From positions 62,001 to 126,000 of IMG/VR virus record IMGVR_UViG_3300030294_000005: 64,000 nt of DNA, one strand, 5' to 3'. Positions within the stretch are counted from its first letter, which is position 1, and each line of letters opens with the position of its first letter. The position numbers were made by a program, and so were the translations under genes. The notes beneath the pieces are model-generated. The model was not told the DNA's origin. It saw nothing but the letters and a program-made list of their open reading frames with translations, and made no database searches. Shown here in pieces: positions 20,636 to 31,300 of the stretch.

Positions 20636-22273
20636 TTATTTTCTTAAAACATTATTTACTAGATTACTAAGAGATTGTTTCGTAGATAACCATCTATCGT
20701 ATACTAGTTTATCTTTTAAATTATTCAATATTAGGTCTTTGTATATATCTATAGATCTTTCTATATCTACTTTACTAATATTTATACCACACATATTTGC
20801 TAAATAATCCATTAATGCAGTATTATTTATAATTTTTTGAGCACCAGCTAATATACCATCATCTTTAGATTGTGTAACCATAAATGTATCATATAGATCT
20901 TTTATATCCATACTTATATCTACCTCTGTAGGTAGACCATTTGCTGTCCACTTAGCATTGCTACCTTTAGACATATTCATGCTAGTTATTATTCCCATAT
21001 CAACATTAAAGAAACCTTTATAATATGCTCTTATTAAGAATGGAGATTTATATGAATTTGCATCCATCTGTTGTGGAGCAGTTAAAGCAATACATACTAG
21101 CATAGGAAGGCCTATATTCATAAACCAACTAAAGTTATCAGAATCAGGTGTTCTTAATTTTAAATTTACTCCATATGATTTTGAAAATGATGAATCATTC
21201 CAAATTTCTGGAAATATTAATTTACCACCACTAGCAACTGTTAACAATCCTGATTGTAATCTATTTATCATCATATCTGGAGAGAAAGCTTTAAAATATT
21301 TATCAGTAAAACTACTAAACTCTTTTAAAGTAGCATCATGTGCATCAGCAGTTAAAGCATCAAATTGAACACCAGATACACCACCTAAAAGGAACTGTAA
21401 CTCTCTTGCTGTATCAGATATTTGATTTGTTTGTGTTGCTAACATACTTTGACCAGTAGTATTAGAGAATGACTCTGATACTTGATTCTCTGAGTCTATA
21501 TAGAATGCTAATGATTCTTGAGAACTCATAAAATTTTTAAATGTTGAATTTGTATAGTTTTGCCATTTATAAGTATCTAATGTAGTGCCGTCTAATGTTT
21601 TATCTTGAATATTTAAGAATCTACTCATGGTTTGAGCCATTGGATTTAGAATCTGATAAAATTCTACATAGTTAAAATCAAATGAATAATATCTTCCTTC
21701 TCCATTTATTATTTGATCTACATAGTTTGTATCTTTTTCTTTTATATAACTAATTATATCTTCTTTTTCTGATATTGAAAATGATTTCATAAATTTTGGT
21801 TTTCCTGGAGATATTAATAATAATGGCATATTTGTTATTATTTTCTCAGCATACTTTCTTCCAAAATTACTTCCAGGAACTCTTCTATCAGATGAAGGCA
21901 TAAATTGATATGGAAGTCCATATATCCCTCTTATATTTTTTATAAAATTATCTACATTTTGATCAGCCGAAGCTGTTATAGTTTGCTGTAATTGTTTATA
22001 ATCAACAGGTGCGAAAGCAGCAGCAGTTGCTACATTTGTTACTGGAGGTACACTTGTAGTTACTACTGGAGTCTCTATAGCTTTCATTAAAGGTTTACCA
22101 TTTTCTGATATTACACTCCAACCCATAGTACCTAATTTATTATGTCTTATCCAAATGCCTTTACTTTCTAATACATCTATTATATCTCCGCCTTTAATTA
22201 TTCCAATATTACTACCACCAGCATATTGAGATCTTACCCATATAGTATAACTTCCTATAACTTGATATTTCAT
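20636..22273 (-). CDS. Tail/baseplate protein with N-terminal SH3-like domain
   Basis: IWVRS......NIGII..GD.I.VLE..G.W is SH3b-like; the C-terminal FPEIW.DS.F...Y and GLPTEVDISM.IKDLY region is tube/hub-like; follows the tape measure; late promoter at 22294-22305. Confidence 0.55.
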   Translation of the reverse strand: MKYQVIGSYTIWVRSQYAGGSNIGIIKGGDIIDVLESKGIWIRHNKLGTMGWSVISENGKPLMKAIETPVVTTSVPPVTNVATAAAFAPVDYKQLQQTITASADQNVDNFIKNIRGIYGLPYQFMPSSDRRVPGSNFGRKYAEKIITNMPLLLISPGKPKFMKSFSISEKEDIISYIKEKDTNYVDQIINGEGRYYSFDFNYVEFYQILNPMAQTMSRFLNIQDKTLDGTTLDTYKWQNYTNSTFKNFMSSQESLAFYIDSENQVSESFSNTTGQSMLATQTNQISDTARELQFLLGGVSGVQFDALTADAHDATLKEFSSFTDKYFKAFSPDMMINRLQSGLLTVASGGKLIFPEIWNDSSFSKSYGVNLKLRTPDSDNFSWFMNIGLPMLVCIALTAPQQMDANSYKSPFLIRAYYKGFFNVDMGIITSMNMSKGSNAKWTANGLPTEVDISMDIKDLYDTFMVTQSKDDGILAGAQKIINNTALMDYLANMCGINISKVDIERSIDIYKDLILNNLKDKLVYDRWLSTKQSLSNLVNNVLRK

Positions 22274-22301
22274 TATGACTACCTCCTTTTTATTAATTAT
22301 A

Positions 22302-22328
22302 TGTTGGAAGGGTTGTACCCTTCCAACA
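22302..22328 (-). terminator. Hairpin after the tape measure gene (overlaps the next promoter)
   Basis: TGTTGGAAGGGT-TGT-ACCCTTCCAACA. Confidence 0.7.
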
Positions 22329-22336
22329 ATATATTA

Positions 22337-25300
22337 TTATTCTTTAGCTAATTGATCTAATATTTTCAATAATGCTGAATTATCTACAGTATTACTAGAA
22401 TCAACTGAATTAGAAAGCATATCTGATAATTGTTTAGTTCCAGCAGCTGTTGTTGCATTCTGAATAGCTTGAGCTGGTACTTTAACGTTTAACACATTAG
22501 CTAACATTTCAACTATCTTCTGTAAATTATCTGTATTGGATGATATTTTAATTAGTACGTTTATTATGCTTTTAATCAATCCAATAGTTACAGTATTATC
22601 TGATGATGATGTTGATTTAGCAGTTGGTACATCATTATTATATTCTAAGATATTACCAAATCCGCCTTTATTTTTATTATTTATTTTAGTCTGAGATCCA
22701 CCAAATCCACCAGATCTAGTATTCTCTATTTTAGATGGTGCTTTACCAAATCCGCCTTCTGTCATTTTAGTTGTTCTATATTTAAGCATTTCAGTATTAT
22801 CAAGGCCATTACCACCAGAAACATATGCTGGAGCAGTTCCTGATAAGAATATACTAGCTTCTTCTTTACGTCTTGGTAGCAATCCAGGTATAACATTATT
22901 ATTTCCATCATGAGAGAATGAATTAAATCCATCAGTTATAGCAGATTGTGATCTTTGTCCACCAACAATACTAGCATAGAAGTTGGATGATAATAATCCA
23001 TTTACTCCAATATTATATCCAAGAGAGCATAATGAATCAAATTGATTTTGCGTTAATTTTACACCTTTCTTATCTAAATCTGCTTTTAATTTAGTAGCCG
23101 TATCACCTAAATCAGCTTTCAATTGAACAGTAGCTTCATCTTTTGTTACAGATGTTTTACCCATTATAGCTCCATGAGTAGATCCGTAACCTATTGTAGC
23201 AGTACCAGTTACATCCTTGTATAATTTATCTCTAAATCCTTCTTTATCTTTTATAAAATTAACTAGATTATCAGAAGTTAATCCATCTGCTGATGTAGAA
23301 ACTGAGGTTGATGTTGTTCCTGTAGATGAGTCTGTTGTTGTATCTAATCCATAGATACGATTAAAGCCATTAGTCATTATACCTTGAAATCCTGTAAGCA
23401 TATCAAATAAAGATGATGGTGTAGTTGCTGTGCCATCTGTACTACTTGTATCTGATGCTGATGATGACACATCTGGTATAGTTCCATCTAATGCTTTATT
23501 TGCAATAAATGCAGATTCCATACCTTTAAATATTTGGGTATTTGGATATGATTTTGATCTTGCTAAACTTACTGGATCATTTATTTCAATATTATTTCCA
23601 TCAGATCCTGCTCCTACTATAAAATGTCCACCTGTTGTAAATGGAGCTGGTCCTTTACCTGTAAATATTACTGGTTGCTTATTTTGTAATGCTGATAATA
23701 TTGATTTTTGATCAATTGTTTGGTCAAATCCTATTCCATATTTATTTCCTATATTTTTAAAGTAATCCCAACTAGTTCCAGCTTCAACTCTAAATCCATT
23801 ATTAACAGCATATGCTGATGTATCAACTGGTGTAACTTTTTGTTTAGTTAATGAACTAATTACCATTGCTGCTGATGTTGGTCCACATCCAGAAGTACCT
23901 ATAGTTCCTTTTCCATTATATGGATATGATGTATTGCTCCAATCAGAATCACCTTGAGAATAATATACCATTCCATTATTAGTAGAACCACCAAATCCAC
24001 CTTTATTTTTATTATTATTAGATTGTGCTGGTCCATTTCCACCAACTGCAGCATTTCTTTGAGCTATAGATGAATTTGACGATGCTGTTAATGAAGTCGT
24101 TACTGGATTAAAGAAGTTACTAACTCCATTAGTAAAGCTATTCCATCCATTTGATATAGAAGTTCCTACATTATTTACAGTATTACCTACTGTAGTTTTT
24201 ATATTATTTATAGCATTATCCATAGCTTTTCCTAATGTATCTATTCCAGCCGTTAATGATATAGGATTACCATTTGCATCTTTAAATCCTAAAATAGATC
24301 CTAATTTAGTATCAACTGCAGCTAATCCATTACTAAATGCTTTTGAGATATTATCAAATGTGGTTTTTAATGTAGTACTTATATTATTGAACGTATCTAA
24401 TGCAGTTTTTTTCATGCCATCCCAAGCTGCTCCTATATCTTTAGTAAATATACCCCATCCTACACTTAAGCCATCAGTAAGCTTCATTGGGTTTCCTTTT
24501 TCATCTAACATCCCAAGCATTGAACCTAATTTTTTATTAGCATTATCTGCTCCTGTTACTACATCAGATTTCAAGTCTGTAAATGTTTTTGTTATATTTG
24601 TAGATGTTGTTGTCCAAAATTTAGTAGCTTTACCTTCAATATCGGTTATTGCTCCATTAATTACTTTTACTGAATCTTTTGTATTTATTTTTCCTCCTGA
24701 TAATGTATCTAATAATCCTGCGGCTGCCATAGATACTCTATCGGTTGTATTTAAACTAACTCCATCTTTTAGTCCTAAGTCACTTCTAATTTTAGTATCG
24801 TTACCAGCTGCTAGAATTGAATCATCTGCTAACCATTTCTTTGCACCATTAACTTTATTTCCTGCCCATTTAGTTGTCTGATCTGCTTTATATGCTATAA
24901 TATCATTTCCTTTATTAAGCATTTTAGCAGTATCTTTTGTATTAATTTTACCAAAGGACAGACCATTCATTAATCCTGCTGCACCTTCATTAACTCTATT
25001 CATTAATGAAATATTACTTCCATCTTTTATACCTTGATCACTTCTGATTTTAGTATCATTTAAACCAGCCCATGCAGTACTACTTCCCATAGTGTCTCCT
25101 GCATAGTCTTCAAGATTCTTTTTACCTAATACAGTTTTATTATATTGAGTAATATCATAAGATGTACCATTTTTAGTATTGTAATCAGAAACCTGTTTAA
25201 CAGATGCATCTCTCATTCCTTTTATCTTTTGATCTTTATCAAAGACTAAAGCAAATACTGGTAATAATAAATCTACTAATATACTTTCAGGAATTATACC

Positions 25301-28300
25301 GAGTAATAATAACCCATTTATTGCTTTAATTGTTCCAGCTGTTAACTTCATACCAAGTGTTGGTTCTTGTACTATACCTATAATATTTGCAGCATCCATA
25401 AATCCTGATGTAAAATCTGCTATTGCCCAAATAGCATTTATTATACCTGCTGAACCTATTAACCCTGCAACTTTACCACCTATCTTTGCTGCTGATTCTG
25501 TAACATGTTTTTCTAACCATTCTGTTAATGGTTTTGCTAAATCTTTACCAACTACTTTTACACCACCACTAAGACCTTTAAATGTTTCATTAGCGACTAA
25601 TTGTTCCATAAATTGAGTTACTTTTTTACATAATTTATCTATAATCCCTTTTCCAGCATCTTTAGCAAGTGATGAGGCTACATCTTCAGCTCCTGTTTTT
25701 GCAGCATCTGTTGTTACTGTTTTTATTGCTCCTGTTACTGTATTTTTAACAATATCTTCAGCACCTGTCTTTGCTGCATCTGTTGCTGCTGCTCTAGCTT
25801 CTTTTTTAGCTGTCATTCCTGTAACATCTAAAATTTTATTTTCAACACTACTTCCAACTTTTGTGCTTAACTTATCTAATCCTGTTTTTTTATCTATATA
25901 ATCAAATGGCTTTCTTAATAGATCTCCTGCTTTATCTAATACCCCAACTCCAGTTTTCTTAACTACTTTAGTAGCTTTTCCTAATAATGTTTTTGGAGCT
26001 GATCTATCTACTAATTTAGCAACAGTTTTTATACCATTACCACCTTGTATAACATCTCTTGCAGCAGAAGTTGCTACATGAGTTTGTACTGATTCTTCAC
26101 CATTTTGACCAGATAATCCAACTGCTGTTCCTGCTGTTGTTACTAATGCTGGGAATAAATTAAGTAATGCAAATTTTATACCATCAGCTAGAACTGGCAT
26201 TAATTCATCTCTCATCCATGGTCCTACGGTTTTAGTTAAAAATGGTTGAATTGTACCATCCCATAAATCTTTTAAAACAGGTCCTACTACTTTAACTATT
26301 TGAGGAAGGAATGCTACTGCTGCACCTATACCAGCTACCATTTTAATCTTATCTAATATATCATCTAGAAATGAATTCTTTTTATCTTTATCTTTATTAA
26401 ATGGATTTAATTTATCAACAAAGCCTTTAAACATATCTCCAAACTTTGCAAATATACTTTTATTACTATTTTCATCTTTTGCTGCATCTTCTAAAGCAAG
26501 TTTAGTACTAGTATCTCCTCTATCTGCAACTAAATCTTTTCTACCATTTCTGGTAAATTTCATTACATTTCCATGTTCATCTATCTTCTCTACAAGATTC
26601 TTACTATCAGCATTATTTTTAACAAGAGTAGTAAGTCTATCAAGCATTTTCTGAAATATAGTTCTATTATCTGAATCATTTTTATTCATATTGACTAATA
26701 ATGATGGAACTACTTTCATAACAGATTCAACAGCATTTGGAGTATTAACATATTCACCCTTACTTAAAGCTGCTATTTTAGTTTTATCAACTATACCACC
26801 AGTTGCATAAGTTTCTACTTTATTTGGATCTAAACCTTCTGCTTCTGTAGTCTTTTCTTCGTCTTCTTTTCTAACTTCAGGATTGAAATAAGGTTTAAAT
26901 CTATCTTCAGATTTTAAATCATTCTCATTTAATTTATACTCATCTCTAATACCCTTTCTAAATTTATCTAAATATTCTTTAGGAGTTTGTAATGACTTAA
27001 TTTTTCTTATAGTACTTTCTGTTGGTTTAGATGATTTTAATTTTACTAAATCATTTAAAGCTTTTTCTTTTAATTCTTTTGGTAAATTTGAATCATTAAT
27101 TTGTTCAAATCTCTTATTAATCATATCACTTACTGTTTTATTAATTGCATCTTGCTTTTTATTCTCAGGAATTGATTTACTAAAGATTGTTTTTTTTGCA
27201 ATATCTGTAGAGTTTTTAGTATATTCTTCAGTATTCAATTCATTGACATCCATTCCAGCTATTTTCTTAAGTACATCTAAAGTATCTTTAAAATAATTAA
27301 TTATTTCTTTATGATTGGTTTGTTCCATTTCTAGAACTACTGTTTGTTCTGGTGTTACATTAGGATCTTGCTCTTTTGTCCCACCAACTTCTTTCTTAAC
27401 CAGATTCATATACTTTTCTATATCATGTTTATTAGTTAAATCTAAATTCTTAAGTCCTGGAATATTCTTTAATTTCTTTTGTAATTCTGCAGTAGTTTCT
27501 TTACTATTATTAATCATATTATTAGTCGATTTTAATTTATTAGAATTTTGATCAATAAGATTTAATAAATCAAAAGCTTTTGTATTATCTTGATTTTGTA
27601 AATCATTTATCATTTTAGTTACTTCATCAAACTTACCAGCTTTTATTAACTTTTCTGCTTTTGTGGCATCAGCATTATTACTAAATAATTTATATATATC
27701 TGGTTGTTTTTTTCTAAATAATTTAGCTCTATCTGATATAGACATTGTTTTATCGTTCCAAGAACTAGATAAGTCTTTTACTAGACCATGTCTATTTTTT
27801 GTATTATCAAGATTTTTACTATTTTGGATATCTATATATTTCTTTGCTTTATCAGTTTCACCACTCTTATCTATTTGTTTCATAGCACTCATGCTTTTAT
27901 CATATGATAAATATTTAGATATTTCTGAACCCATTGAATTAGTTAAATCAACTTTTTTCTTATGCAAATTTTTATCATTACTATTTAATAAATCTAATGT
28001 ACCAACTAATTCTTTTTTATCATCATCAGACATATCATTTAACATTTCATCAAAATCAGCAAACTTATCTTTCTTTAAGAAAGTATCTACTTTATTAGTT
28101 TTTCTATAATTAACTCTCTCTTCAGCAGACATATAGTCAGCGTTACCAGTTCGTATATGTGACTTTCTTCTACTTTTACCATAGGCTCCTAGCATTGCGA
28201 AAGGTGCACCTATAATTTTCTTTGGTAGAAAAGTTAATGTCTTGAACATGCCACTAAAGAAGCCCTTTAATGGTTTCAGTAATTTATCTTCTACTAATTT

Positions 28301-31300
28301 TGTCAATGGAACTCCAAATGCATTTTCAAAACTTTTATTTATATGACCTCCTATTTTATCAAACATTCCTTTGAATAATAATTTTATATCTTTCTTAATA
28401 GGATCAAATGCTTCTTTTAAAGGAGAAAATATCTTATTTTCTATAAAGTCTTGAATCTTAGTGGTAGTTACAGTCATAAATGATTTTAATGGATCTATAA
28501 GTACATGCCTTAATGAAGGTAATAATCCATTTTCATATTCTCCTGTCTTAGGATCTTTTGTACCAAATATAACTTTATTAAATTGATCAGTAGAACTGAG
28601 CATCCCACCTGCTGCTCCAATAGCTGCATTACCTAATAATCCAAATGGTCCAGTGAACACACCTATAGCTGCTCCTGCTGCCATTCTTGGTAAAAACTTT
28701 TTAATTTGTTCTTGATGTTTAGGTTTGATTAAACCTGTTTCACCAAATAAGAAATCCATTGCATGTTCATTATTTTTAGCAAATGCTATAGAAGAACCTA
28801 TTAATAATCCACCTACAGGTCCAAATGGAACAAATGGTAATAATCCTGTTAATCCACCAGCTATGCCAAATGATTGTAAATCTGGTGCTAACTTAGATAT
28901 TTGGTCTACAAATTTCTTTGGTATTACTCCACCATCTCGTTCTTTTGTTTCAGCATTAAAATCTCCAAATAACCAGTTCTGAATTTTCTCACTATTTTTA
29001 GTTAATGATATTCCAGCTCCTACAGCTGCACCTAATAAAGGTCCACCTATGGCCCCTGTTATTAATGAAACACCTCCACCTAGAAGTCCAGCTCCCATTG
29101 CTTCTGGTGCATATTTAGATATATTCTTTGTTACATCACTTATAGCTTCACCAAATTTCTTTTTCTCTCTATTTGGATTAACTCCAAATAAAGCATCTTT
29201 AACTTTGGTTGTTCCTTTATACAATTCATCTACAACCTGTTTTGCAAAAGGTTCTGATTCATTATACATTGCTCGTTGAATTGGATCTGTTGGTATTCCT
29301 TTTTTATCAAATTGACTTATCTTAGTAGTATACTCTTCTAATGCTTTATTCAAATTGATATTAAATACATTGAATACTTTATCATATAATTTATTGGCTT
29401 TTAATTCTTGTAACTTATTAAGTAGTTCGGGGTTTTCTACAGCAGTAGACATAAAGTTAGTAAATTCATCTTTACTACCGAGTTTAGAAGATTCTACAAA
29501 CCCTTGTACTTTTTTATCAGCTTGGATACCTATAGATCTAGATGATCTACCTAAAGCTGTACCTGATTCTATATCAGTTAATATACCTAATAAACTTTTA
29601 ACTTTATCAGATGTCAAAACTACTTCACCTTTACCTAATGTAGCAACCTGAGCATTTTCAATAACTCCACCTTGTTCATGATGAGGCATATTTTTATACA
29701 TCCAGTTTGATATTACACTAGTAAGACCTTGTGCAAATCCTAATGTTGCTTTTCCTTCTGGATTAGTAGTTAATGATGGATCTAATATATCTGCTTTTAT
29801 AGAACCTCTTTTAGTAGTTTCGCTAGTACTCATTGCTGATTTTAATAAACCAAATATACCAGATACGTTCTCTTTTATTGAAGATAAATAATCTGATACT
29901 TTTGTATTAAATCCTCCACCTTGTTGATCATCCATAGTGTTAAATGCAGATGCAGTTCCTTCAAAGTCTTTTGCTGATTTTTTAATTGCATCTTGAGGAG
30001 AATATTTATTAGCTATTATATCATTTACTGAAAGTTTTGATAATGAATCTTCATTAAATAATATATTATATTTACCTAACTTACTATATAGCTTAGAATA
30101 TGAACCATCTTTCTGTGACAAATCTTTTGTAAGATTCATCAATGTATTGAATTTTAAAGAGTCTAATTCCATTGGTTTATTAGCAAAACTATTAAATATA
30201 TTTTCCAATAATCCTTGTTCAGAATCGTCTAAGTTTGCTAAGTTCTTTAAGCCTTTACCATATTCATGCTTACTATATTCGAATACTCCTTCATTTACAT
30301 TTTGTTGCTTATCTACTAATTTCGATATAGTATCTGCAACTTTATTTTCTGTTTTTGGAATAGTTCCATCTTTAGCTTTAACATCTAATTCATCTAAAGA
30401 ATTTTCCATATTAACTTTAGTCTTTGATTTCTTTGATCTAAATTTATCAACTAATGGGCCATATACTGTCTTAAGTGAATTCTTTGATACTTGAAAAGCA
30501 TTAGCAAAAACATCTTTAGTTGCTTTCATTATTGCTGAGAATAATCCAGTATCTTTAGCAAATAAATAATCATGCATATTTTTCTTAATCTCATCTGGAT
30601 CAAGTCCAAACATACCAAATACTTTTTTGCTTAAGTCTCCCATACTCTTTATATCTAGTTTTTGCTTTATTGGATTTAGTATCTTTTCATTTATAAATAG
30701 ATTAAGTTGACCAAATTGACTAGCCAATTCTAATTTCATTATTCCAAATATACCATTAACATCTTGACCTTTATATTTAGTACTTCCAAATACTAAATCA
30801 TACATTCTTTGATCTACTTTGTTTATAGTATTCATTACAAATTTCATAGGCTTTGCTGTTATTTCGTTTAGTTTATCAATAACAGTTTTAGTTTTATCTG
30901 TTATACTGTCAGCTTCTAATAATTTATCTATTAAACCCTTCTTCTCACTTGCTTGATCTTTAAATCCTTTTTTAATATTTTCTAATTCTATCTTAGAATG
31001 AAGTTTCTTTGATAATTTAGTTTCATCATCTATATCAGAAACATTTATAACAGTTTTATCTTTTGATAATTGTCTTTCTTGGTCTCTTTTAAATCTTTCT
31101 TGATCTCTTTCAGCTTTTTGCCTTTTATCCGTTTCTGGTTTAATTCTTCTATTATCAGCTAAAGTTATACCATTAGAAGATGTTGGCATCGTATATTCAC
31201 TATCACCATATAATATTTTAGATTTGGAACTTGAAGATGAACCAAGACCATTTTGTCTTATAGCAGTTAATTCTTTGTACATATTTTGTAAGTAATAAAA

